Part shown: positions 40,886-50,200 of the stretch, one piece after another
Numbering within the stretch: position 1 is the first letter of the stretch
Layout of the letters: each line of letters begins with the position of its first letter
From: an uncultured virus (IMG/VR IMGVR_UViG_3300035659_000006)
Taxonomy: Duplodnaviria; Heunggongvirae; Uroviricota; Caudoviricetes
IMG/VR virus record: IMGVR_UViG_3300035659_000006
Length of the DNA stretch: 64,000 nucleotides
Reading direction: 5' to 3' (one strand)
The notes under the pieces: model-generated
The model's input: only the letters and a program-made list of their open reading frames with translations
Database searches by the model: none
What the model was told of the DNA's origin: nothing
Program-made: the position numbers and the translations under genes

Positions 40886-41266
40886 CTACGCCGGGGCGTC
40901 GCCTCCGATTGCGCCTACCTTCTCCTCCGACTCGATCCCAGGAGCTCCGACGACGATCCCGGGCTCGCCGGGTTCAGCCATCGCGGCCACTTCAAGCGCC
41001 TGCTGCCGTGCGCCGGCAACCCGCAGAGCAGACCGGACGTCCTCGATCTCGGCCACGATAGGGACCCGGGCCTCGGCGATCTCGGCATCGGCCAGGGCCA
41101 GGTTTGCCGTCGCCTTGGCCAGGATGCTCGTCGCCTTCTCGACGGTCTCAGCGAAGGGGCCGCGCCGACTGTTCACCTCGGCCAGCGAGTCCCTCAGAAC
41201 CTCACGACGGCCGATCAGTTCGGAGATCTCCGCCGTCACCTCTTCCATTTCAGACATGCCCATCAC
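40886..41266 (-). CDS. Coiled-coil protein ending in one fibre-repeat motif
   Basis: C-terminal APGIESEEKVGA. Confidence 0.65.
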   Translation of the reverse strand: MMGMSEMEEVTAEISELIGRREVLRDSLAEVNSRRGPFAETVEKATSILAKATANLALADAEIAEARVPIVAEIEDVRSALRVAGARQQALEVAAMAEPGEPGIVVGAPGIESEEKVGAIGGDAPA

Positions 41267-41627
41267 CTCCAGCCGGCTCGGTACGCACCGTGGGTACGCC
41301 GAGCTGCTCCTGCGACCTGATACCCCCCGGCATGGAGCGCCGGAGGACCGGGTTGGAGGCCGCCTCGATGGCCGCCTCCTTCTGGATGTCGGGGTTATCC
41401 GTCAGGCCGAACGGCGCTCCTGAGCGCAGCAGAATCGCCTGGTCGAAAGCGATCTCGTGCGCCTTCTCGAACTCCTCGGCCTTGCCAGCCATGATCCGCA
41501 GGGCCCGTGACAGTTGCTTGGCCGCCTGCCAGGGAAGCTCTGTCACGTGGCCATCTATCTCCAGGAGGACGTGGTGGGCCTCCTGGCGGACCCGTGCCTC
41601 GGACCTGCGCACGAGCACCTCGGGCAT
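41250..41627 (-). CDS. Small protein ending in one fibre-repeat motif
   Basis: C-terminal PGGIRSQEQLGVPTV. Confidence 0.65.
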   Translation of the reverse strand: MPEVLVRRSEARVRQEAHHVLLEIDGHVTELPWQAAKQLSRALRIMAGKAEEFEKAHEIAFDQAILLRSGAPFGLTDNPDIQKEAAIEAASNPVLRRSMPGGIRSQEQLGVPTVRTEPAGGDGHV

Positions 41628-41636
41628 GACCGCCTC

Positions 41637-42059
41637 CTAGAGCTTGAAGATCTTGACGCTGGCGGTGTTGTCCCACTGTATGGTGATATTTCCTCCGTTC
41701 GGCGTCACCGGGTTGCCGGTGAACGTGTCCCAGAGGGCGATCAGGATCGACGTGCCCTCGGTGCCGGTGTGCATGTAGAGCACGATGAGCTCGCAGGGGT
41801 CGCCCGTGACGGCGGTCAGCAGCGAGTCGTCGGCATCGGCCACGCCGAGCACGTTGGTCTTCGTCGTGAGCGTCGCCCAGTTGGCGAGCGCAGCCGGCAC
41901 GCGCGCCGCCGCCGGCACGTCGGAGATGAACTCATTCACGTCGATAGACGGCGAGTAGTCAGCGGCGTCAGCCAGCCCGCCCTTGATCGTGTTGGCGTCC
42001 CAGTCCAGGTCACCGGCCAGGAAGTGGCCCCGGCCCTTTCCGTAAAGTGCGTTGGCCAT
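41637..42059 (-). CDS. 140-aa virion structural protein (putative fibre subunit)
   Basis: MANALYGKGR...TPNGGNITIQWD...IFKL; strong GGAGG RBS and its own structured leader. Confidence 0.7.
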   Translation of the reverse strand: MANALYGKGRGHFLAGDLDWDANTIKGGLADAADYSPSIDVNEFISDVPAAARVPAALANWATLTTKTNVLGVADADDSLLTAVTGDPCELIVLYMHTGTEGTSILIALWDTFTGNPVTPNGGNITIQWDNTASVKIFKL

Positions 42060-42467
42060 GTCTAACCTCCGAACGAAATGAGCGCCCTTCCTTGGGCGCT
42101 CACGGTCGCTCGGGGCAGCCTCGTCACTGCTGTGGTTATGCTAGACGACCCTGCAGCAGATACCCACCTGCCAGTTGGCACCGCCTGCCCATCGTTGCAC
42201 CTAATCGCCGGATTCTTCGCCAGCCTGTTCGAGCTGATGGCGCTTCCCAAGGACCTCGGTCGCCGCCGCCAGCGCCTTCACCACCTGGTGGACGTCGCAA
42301 TCGAGCCAGTTGATCGCCAGGCCACCAGCGTACAGGCGGATAACGATCATGGCAGACGGCCTCTCGGGCAGGACGGGCTTCTCACCGTTTCCCGTCATGT
42401 CCCCTACTCCTGAAGCAGCGTGGGCGTCGCTAGACGATCTTCCCTAGGATGATGCCGCCTTGCACCA

Positions 42468-43190
42468 TCAGTACAGCCCTCCGGTGAGCACGCCGAGCAG
42501 GCCGGGAGCCTTCACGCCCGCCGTCAGCATCCCGGTTGGGATGGCGATCGGGTCCGGCAGGCCGAAGGTGGTGTCAACGTACTTCACCACCTGGGGATAG
42601 GCGGGCAGGGCTGCGATCGTGCCCGCCGCAGCGTTCGCCTGGAAGGCCATGTAGTATTGATCGGCGGCGCTGCCGGAGTAGGCGGCCACAAAGTCAGTAT
42701 TCCGCCAGCCCGTCGAGTCGATGGCTATAGAGGCAGAGACGGCCAGGAGATTGCCCGCCGTGTCATAGAGACCCACGTAGTAGTTGGCGGCGCCCGTGCC
42801 AGCCACATATAGCCGGAGCCCGGTGATCTCTTCATCGGAATGAATCCATGCGGGGGCCAGATAGATACGGTTAGCGACCGGCGTGAAGGTTGAGGATAGA
42901 TCAGGCAGCACAGGACAGGGCAGGTATGGCGGTGTCGGTACGGCTCCTGGCCCACCCGCCACATCGCTTAACTTGCGTGTCAACGAAATGGGGTCGTGGA
43001 GGATAAGTTCGTTACCCGCATCCCGGCTCACCCATGCATCCGCATCCTCCAAGTATGCGGTATCTGTCTGGTCGAAAGCCTGAGCCGAGTCCACGCGGGC
43101 AAGGGCGGCGGCGAGGGCACGCACGAACTGATTGAACTTGTCGGCGTCCGAGAGGATGAACTTGGGAATCGCGTATAGTTCGGCCATCAC
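42468..43190 (-). CDS. Tail-tip/receptor-binding paralogue C
   Basis: Shares PVANR.YL, LYDT.GN and KYVD...PDPIAIP with 43943-44701. Confidence 0.65.
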   Translation of the reverse strand: MMAELYAIPKFILSDADKFNQFVRALAAALARVDSAQAFDQTDTAYLEDADAWVSRDAGNELILHDPISLTRKLSDVAGGPGAVPTPPYLPCPVLPDLSSTFTPVANRIYLAPAWIHSDEEITGLRLYVAGTGAANYYVGLYDTAGNLLAVSASIAIDSTGWRNTDFVAAYSGSAADQYYMAFQANAAAGTIAALPAYPQVVKYVDTTFGLPDPIAIPTGMLTAGVKAPGLLGVLTGGLY

Positions 43191-43936
43191 TCGAACTCCA
43201 TACCGCCGTCAATGATGAGTTGAAAGGCGGGCGCACAGAAGTTGTAGTAGGCCCCGACCACATAGAGCCAATTGGGGTGGGTGTCGGCCCAGTCAATCGT
43301 CTGAGGCAGACCAGTGAAGTAACTCAGCCCATAAGGGGTATAGGCCCGCGAGAAGAACGCACCCTCGCAGAGGACCGAGAACATCTGCCAGGCATCAACG
43401 CCGATTGGGCAGTAACCTACCCAGTAGAGACGGTCGGGGAGCAATGCGTAGGGGGTCGGGAGTAGTACCGACATCTCTGTCGCTACCACTGGCGTTGTGA
43501 CAGGCGTTGGGGCCAGAAGGGCCAAAGGTCTATCATCGCTATACAATGCCATCTGAAAGGTTCCGTGCCCACCACCAAGATGCGCGCAGTAAACGCGGAA
43601 GCCTTCCACAACGCAGGTTCGCATGACACGGAGCGGTGTCAACGCGAAATGGTGCGCACCGTACTGAATCCCAGATGAGCCGTAGGTTAGCGGCGTCGCG
43701 TAGCCACCGGCCAGTTCACTCAGTGTCTTGGTTCCGGTGACAGCATCAGTCAGCTGTAGATCGGCACCACTGCGTTCAAAGAATGTGTTGGCATCCTTCA
43801 GGCGCAACTCCTCGAAGATAGCGTGGGTCTGCGCATCATCGGTGATTCCGATGGCTGCCAGGGCAGCCACGAGAAGGTTGTACTGGGCCGTCGCGTCAGC
43901 CGTGTCGCCGTTGGCGATGGTCGGAAGGACAGTCAT
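43187..43936 (-). CDS. Tail-tip/receptor-binding paralogue B
   Basis: Shared neck motif L.L.D.V.GT..LSELAG and similar length. Confidence 0.6.
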   Translation of the reverse strand: MTVLPTIANGDTADATAQYNLLVAALAAIGITDDAQTHAIFEELRLKDANTFFERSGADLQLTDAVTGTKTLSELAGGYATPLTYGSSGIQYGAHHFALTPLRVMRTCVVEGFRVYCAHLGGGHGTFQMALYSDDRPLALLAPTPVTTPVVATEMSVLLPTPYALLPDRLYWVGYCPIGVDAWQMFSVLCEGAFFSRAYTPYGLSYFTGLPQTIDWADTHPNWLYVVGAYYNFCAPAFQLIIDGGMEFE

Positions 43937-43942
43937 AGTTGC

Positions 43943-44701
43943 TCACATACTTTCGTCAATCGGAACGCCACCAGCTATCCGGCCCAAGATGGCTGGCACC
44001 CAAATGGTGGCAAAGGTCCCCGGGATTGCTATCGGGTCGGGTATGCTGAAGCTCCCCACATCCACGTACTTCGCATTGTGACCGCCTACGGCATGACCAG
44101 AGACCGGCGTTGTCATAGCGGCATTGAAGATAACCCCCATCCAGACACCGATTCCTGCGTCTATGTCTATGGGGACATCAAGGGGAAAGACTGTGTTTCC
44201 GATATAGTTCGGAGTCACGGCTTGGCTGTTAGTGAGTACGTTCCCTGACGTGTCATAGAGGACGGCATAGGCACTGCCCACCAGACTTCCACTCTGGGAG
44301 CGGGCCCCTATCGCTATCTGGCTCACCTGTTCGGCCTTGGGAGAGGCGGCATACCGGAGGTACATCCGATTGGCGACTGGTGCCTGTGAGCTAACGGCAT
44401 TCACCACATCGCCCAGGACGGGCATCGAGACATAGTTGAGTGCTCCCAGGTTCGTCAGTCTTACTTCGCCTGCCACCGAATCGAAGATCACGAGTTGACC
44501 CGTGTCGGGATCGCGCTTCAGCCCCGCCGTCGTGTCGCCGATGTAGATCGTGTCCGGCCGGATGCTGGCCTGAGTGTCGGTCAGAATACGCAGCACGTAT
44601 TTCATCGCCATGAAGATGCGGTTCAGATCCTCAGCCGAGAAGACATCGCCTTCCGGCTTCATGGGATCGCCAACGTCCTTCAGGGGCAAGATTGCTGTCA
44701 T
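43943..44701 (-). CDS. Tail-tip/receptor-binding paralogue A
   Basis: Follows the hub gene; paralogous to B and C. Confidence 0.65.
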   Translation of the reverse strand: MTAILPLKDVGDPMKPEGDVFSAEDLNRIFMAMKYVLRILTDTQASIRPDTIYIGDTTAGLKRDPDTGQLVIFDSVAGEVRLTNLGALNYVSMPVLGDVVNAVSSQAPVANRMYLRYAASPKAEQVSQIAIGARSQSGSLVGSAYAVLYDTSGNVLTNSQAVTPNYIGNTVFPLDVPIDIDAGIGVWMGVIFNAAMTTPVSGHAVGGHNAKYVDVGSFSIPDPIAIPGTFATIWVPAILGRIAGGVPIDESM

Positions 44702-45912
44702 GCTACCACCATGTGCTGCTTCAGCTTGTCGCTAAGGTCCTGGACGGTCTGCACCTGGCTCGGCTGCCGGTTCGAGAGCTCGAGCACGGCAATGTCGAAC
44801 TGGTAGTTCACCTTGGCGATGCGTAGTACCTGGCTCGCCATCTCGGACGGGCTGCCGTCGTAGTAGTCCTCGCCCCAAGCGGCAGAACCCCACTTCGGTA
44901 TCTGGCCCACGGCGTCGGGGTTCACCACCACCACCGCGTCGCCTGGCTTCAGGTCCTCGATGTCGTACCCCTTGTTGTCGGTGCCAGGGCCGTTGTTGTC
45001 GATGACGGTCACGGTGCCCCGGAAGTCAATGGTGTTCAGGCTGTCCAGAAGGCTCTCGGCGATGCGATCGGCTACTTCCTGGTCGGTGATCCTGTCGTCA
45101 ACCTCCACCTTGACGAGCGGGTTGGTGGGGTCGTACTCGGCCGCCGTTGCCGTGGCCGTGACGCCGGCGCCGTAGAGGACAACCTGCGTGCGCCGCTGCG
45201 TCGCTGTCTTGGTGAACTCCACCTGGCTGACATGGCGGCCGATGGTAAGGGTGTGATCCGCCACCGTCGGCGTCGCCCTGAATAGCACCTGGCCGTCTGG
45301 CCCGACGTAGTAGCCCCAGGCGGCGCCGGCCAGCGTGGTGATGAAGTCAAAGACCTCCTTGAGGGTCTGCTTCTCAAAAGTGTGGGTGAAGGTGTCACCT
45401 ACCAGCGCTGAGGTGGGGTGCCAGGCCAGACCGGGCACGTAGCCCTTGTCCAGGAACCAGCGCATCATCTCCGACGGGTCGGCGTCGGTGAAGGTCTGGG
45501 GCCCGACGAAGTAGGAGTCGGCGAGCTTGGCGGATAGGGGCACCAGGCCGACCTTGACGACTTCGCCCTGGGGCTGGACCGTCACGGCGTACTCATCGAT
45601 CCAGCCGCGCCAGATAACCAACTCGTCGGCCCCGGTGTCCACGTCCACGATGCTCACCGTGACCATCTGGCCGATCCCGATGTCCTGGGTAAGCGTCGGC
45701 TCGCCGAGTTCGCCGATCTCGCCCAGGCGCCGCGGCAGCGAGAGGTCGATCATCTCTGGCCCGCCGTTCAGAGACATGCCGAACTCGGGCGCAGGGGCAT
45801 CCTCCCACTCGGCCGCCAGCTCGTAGGCGTCGTAGCGGTCACGGCCCCAGATGGCGCCGCCCCAATGCGGCAGGGGTCGTGTCTTGTAGGAGCGCCATAT
45901 CGCCGTCTTCAA
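44698..45912 (-). CDS. Baseplate hub/Tal-like tail protein
   Basis: Position after Dit; beta-rich, DLKPGD.V.V motif. Confidence 0.7.
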   Translation of the reverse strand: MKTAIWRSYKTRPLPHWGGAIWGRDRYDAYELAAEWEDAPAPEFGMSLNGGPEMIDLSLPRRLGEIGELGEPTLTQDIGIGQMVTVSIVDVDTGADELVIWRGWIDEYAVTVQPQGEVVKVGLVPLSAKLADSYFVGPQTFTDADPSEMMRWFLDKGYVPGLAWHPTSALVGDTFTHTFEKQTLKEVFDFITTLAGAAWGYYVGPDGQVLFRATPTVADHTLTIGRHVSQVEFTKTATQRRTQVVLYGAGVTATATAAEYDPTNPLVKVEVDDRITDQEVADRIAESLLDSLNTIDFRGTVTVIDNNGPGTDNKGYDIEDLKPGDAVVVVNPDAVGQIPKWGSAAWGEDYYDGSPSEMASQVLRIAKVNYQFDIAVLELSNRQPSQVQTVQDLSDKLKQHMVVA

Positions 45913-47219
45913 CTCAGATACCTCGCGGTGAAGGCGGTCGTGACAGAGAGCGTCGGCGGGCTGGTCGCCAGGACGTGAAGTTCAAGGGCGTTGTTCGTCG
46001 TCCGCGGGTCAAGGCTGGGGTAAGCACCCTCCGTGTTGGCGGCTGCCACGGCATTGATGGTGGCCTCGAAGAGGGAGGAGTCGATCACGATCACGTCGGC
46101 CGCCGCGAACGTCTTGATGACGGCCAGCTTGAGGGCCGGCGACAGGCTGGTGTTGATGACCCAGAGCTTGGTCATGGCATAGGGGGGCTCATTGTAGACC
46201 TCAAAGGCGAAGTCATAGGTGGCGTGGGCAACCCAGACCCCAGTGATGTAGCTTGAGGCCGTTCCATCAGCGTAGCTGGCCGACGTCATATCGAGGCCCC
46301 AGGCGTAGTAGTTGGTATCGTCGAGCGCGCCGCTCCGCTTCAAGACAATGTGGTACTGCGTCGCGCCGGTGAGCTGTGGCGCCGTCGGGAAGTCGAAGGC
46401 GATCCAACCGTAGGACGTGGCGATGGCTGAGGCCGCTACCGTTGCGCTGGTGCCATTGGTAACGACGGTCGCGCTCGGCTTGCCGGTTCCGTCATCGGTC
46501 CTGATCTCCGCGTAGAGACCATCGGTAGGAGCCAGCAGCTTCTTGACCCAGAGGCGAACGCGCCCAACAAGGCCAGTGGTGGTGATCTTGAAGCCCTGCC
46601 CACGGTAGGGGTAGGCGGTCTCACCGAAGTTGCCGTCTATGGTGACATTCGTTTCTGCGTAGGAGGTCAGCAGGGTTCGGTTCGGGATGGTGATCGTGAA
46701 CTTGGGCTGGCTCGGCGCCGTCCCTCCGGGCGCTATCGTCCAGGCGTACTTGTACTCGTTGCCCGCCACGAGGGTCAGCAGCTTGTTGGCCTGCGGGTCC
46801 GTCGACGGCACATCGGCGACAGCGAAAGGCTGCGCCAAGAAGAAGTCCGCCTCGTACTCCGCCAGCACGGGCCGGGCGCCAGCGTTGAGAGGCCCCCTGA
46901 GAGTGGCCGGGCCGGCAACATAGTGCCTCGCCGCGCCGGACAGGAATGTCTTGAGCTGCTGGTTCTCGCGGGAGAAGGCGAGGGCGAGCGCCTGCCACTT
47001 CGTCTCGAAGTCGCTCGGCGTGTCACCGACGACCGCGCCTCGCACCGTCACGAGGCGCGAGGTGTACCGGCTGGCGAGCGCCTTCGCGCCGGGCGCCCTG
47101 GCGAACTCGGCAGAGAGGTGCTCAACCGGCATGCTACGGTCGTCGTCCACTCCCATGACGAGGTAGTTCACGCCATCATCGAAACAGAAGTCGCCGAACG
47201 TCCGGTACACGTGGGTCAT
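45909..47219 (-). CDS. Distal tail protein (Dit) with inserted beta-sandwich domain
   Basis: Directly after the TMP; R.VTVRG, F.AQPFA, GTAPSQP; insert GQGF...GWIAFDF...YHIVL. Confidence 0.7.
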   Translation of the reverse strand: MTHVYRTFGDFCFDDGVNYLVMGVDDDRSMPVEHLSAEFARAPGAKALASRYTSRLVTVRGAVVGDTPSDFETKWQALALAFSRENQQLKTFLSGAARHYVAGPATLRGPLNAGARPVLAEYEADFFLAQPFAVADVPSTDPQANKLLTLVAGNEYKYAWTIAPGGTAPSQPKFTITIPNRTLLTSYAETNVTIDGNFGETAYPYRGQGFKITTTGLVGRVRLWVKKLLAPTDGLYAEIRTDDGTGKPSATVVTNGTSATVAASAIATSYGWIAFDFPTAPQLTGATQYHIVLKRSGALDDTNYYAWGLDMTSASYADGTASSYITGVWVAHATYDFAFEVYNEPPYAMTKLWVINTSLSPALKLAVIKTFAAADVIVIDSSLFEATINAVAAANTEGAYPSLDPRTTNNALELHVLATSPPTLSVTTAFTARYLS

Positions 47220-50200
47220 CAGACGCCTCTCGATGCCCTCTCTTGCAGCTTCCCGGCCTGCCGCACTATCTCCCGAACGAACGTGGCCGGATCCTGGACG
47301 TTCGGGAGGTGCAGATGCTCGATGTGGAGTTGGACCGCTGGCGCGGCCAGGGGCCCGGTGGGCGTGCCTAGACCTGCCATCAGCCGCTCAGTCTCATCAT
47401 GGGCGAACACCCGGGTCCGGGGCGGTGCCCAGATGAGCTCCCGGCCCCGCTCGCCCACCATCGTCAGCCCGCTCGCGAGTCCGCCGGACTGCATCCCAGC
47501 CGGGGGCGTGATGCTGTTCAGCACTCCGGCAGCGTAGGCCGCAGCATCCCCGAGCCCCCACGTCTTGGGCCCGGCATATCCGCCCGCATCGCCAAGGCCC
47601 CACATAAGCCCCTTCGCGTAGTCGGCGGCCCCGGCCAGCGCGTAGTTGCTATCCGTTACAGTGCCGGCAGAGTCCCCGAGGCTCCGCGTGAAAAAGGACA
47701 GGTAGTCAGTCGCTCCCGCGGTCGTCAAACCCAGCCGGTCCGTCTGCGCAACAGCGTTGGCCGTCGCCAGCGTCTGAATGTCTGTCGCCCAGCTAAGGTC
47801 ATCGACCTTCCCGGAGTAGATCCCGATGTTCTCTGTGATCGTCGCCACCATGTCCTTCAGCTCGCGCTCCGTGGGCAGAGTCTGGTCGGCGAGGACAGCG
47901 CGGTCCTGCATGACACGGTGGTCGGCGGTATACACGCCGAGCTGCGCTTCAAGCGCGGCGATCTGGTCGCGGATGGCCTGGGTCTGCTCCTCAGTCGCGC
48001 CGGCGGCCTCCTGCACCGCTAGCTGATACCGGAGCGTGTCGATGTCGAGCTGGAGCTGCGCCGTCTCCTGAGTCGGACCGCCGAGCAGCTGGCCGAGGGC
48101 GCTCTGAAGCTGGCCCACCAGCTCAACGCCGATGCCGTAGGCGAAGTCGGCGGCCGCCGAGCGCGCGTCGCCAAAGCTGGTGTTCACCGCCTGCAGCGCC
48201 AGCTCGAAGTCGAGAACCTGCTGCCCCAGCCCCTCTACGCCCAGGCGCCGGCCCAGGTTGTCCAGCTCGCGGACGGAGTCGGCTATGGGCGTCGGCAGGC
48301 CCAGGAGCTGGGCGCTGAAGGTGCCCATCTCGATCATCAGGTTGAAGATCGCGGCCTGCAGCTCCTCGTGTTTCTTCACGACGTCAGCCAGCGACTGGAT
48401 CGTTGCCGCCTGCGCTGGCGTCATCCCGAGATTCAGAGCGTCCGTCAGCGTGAGCGTACCCTCATTGGCGATCTTCGCGGCCGCCCAGAACGCCATCATC
48501 TGGAGCGTCGAGGGCCCGAGCGCCTGCTCGGTGCCGGCGGCGATCACCTCCGTACCGCTGGCGAGGCCCTGGGCAACGGCGTTCACGATCGACATGCCCA
48601 TGTCGTAGCTGGCCTGGTCTATCTCCCCCGTCTCCCAGGCCTCCACCAGGCCGGCCGTCAGGGCAGCGACCCGCTCCCTCAGCGCACCGCCGCCTTCCGC
48701 GAGGGCGTCCGACAGCGAGGTCGTGATCGTGACGCCGAAGTCGTAGACCTTCTGGCTGATCGTGCCGGTGTCCCAGAGCCCCATCAGCGAGCGGCTCAGG
48801 AAGCGCACGAGCTCGCCGAGATCGACGGCTACGCCTTGAGTCGCCATGCGTACCGCCGTGGCGCCATCGCCCAGCACCAGGGCAAGCCCCTGCAACGCCT
48901 TCTGGTCGTCGTAGGCCTTTGCGGCGGCTTCTTGCTCGGCTACCGCGCGTGCCCGGGTCAGCTCCAAGGCCGCCGCCTGGGCCGGGTTCAGCTTGCCCTC
49001 AATGGCCTCGGCGTACGAGATGACGTCGTCCTGCATGAACTTCTCGAGAGCCAGGCCCGTGTCCGTGAGCTCGCCGCGGGCGATACCGACGGCGACGGCG
49101 AAGCCGAAAGCAGCCCCCGTTACCCCACCTTCGCCTAGTGCAATAGTCAGCTTCGCCAGCTCCACCTGGGCTCGCCAGACCTCGTCCGCCTCCTTCTGGC
49201 GGGCGACGGTCAGCTCCTCGGTAGCAGCCTGGGACGCCGAGAGGCCAAGCTTCTCTGCCTCGGTGCGGTCGGCAACGCCATCCGAGACAGCGTCAGCCAG
49301 CGTCAGCTCCTTCTCCGCCGCGCTTCCGGCGGCTCCGCCAGCGGCGGCAACAGCACCCCTGAAGAAGTCGATGCTCTTGGCAGCGGGCACGGTCGACATG
49401 GCCAGCCTGCCAAGCTGCTCCATCATCGCGCTCACGCCGGGGAGTGCGCCGAACGCCGCAGGCACCCCAAACTTGCCGACCAAGAAGGCGACTGGCACTG
49501 TCACACCAGCCTCTAGGGCCTGCATGAAGCGAACGACCTGCGACGCGGAAAGAGCATCGAGCAGCGGCAGGATCTGCATCACGATGTCCCTGGGCAGGTC
49601 GATGATGGCCTGAGCGAAGTTGTTGATCAGCGACGGATCGAAGGTCTCACCCGCTTGCTCAGCCGCTATCCTCAGGCGCTCACCCAGAATCTTGATGCCC
49701 AGGGTTACTTCCTCGTTGTAGCGGTTCATCGCCTGCAACTGGGTGTTCACCGCCTCCAACTCACCCTCCGGAGCCGCGTCGCCGAAGGCCTCCAGTTCGT
49801 TCGCGCGCTTCTCCAGCTCCAGGTGCTCCAGGCTGTTGCCTAGCTTGGTCAGCACGACGGTGGCCAGGTTGTCGACCGCCTCGCCGGTCACTTCCAGGGA
49901 CTTGAGGTAGGAATCCAAGCCAACAGCGGCCGCAGCGGCCGCGTCGCCAGTGTCGGTGGTGGCTCCCATCAGCCCGCTGAGGGCAACGATCACATCGGCC
50001 ACCTGCTGCTTCGCCCGGTCCCACTGCACCGCTTCCCACTGGACCCTCAGTTCTTCTAGATCGCCGCCCAGTTCCTTCAGCAGGCCGGGGTACTTCTCAA
50101 GCAGCGCCTTTAGATCTTCGTAGGTCGGAACCAGGGCCAGAACCTGCTCCTTGTGCCCCTTGATCGCCTCGCTCACCTTTATCCACTGGTCGAAATCGTC

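Noticed and set aside
42468..44701. Diversity-generating retroelement or invertible tail-fibre cassette
   Set aside because: No reverse transcriptase, no near-identical TR/VR pair, no adjacent invertase or inverted repeats; all three genes are full length and co-oriented
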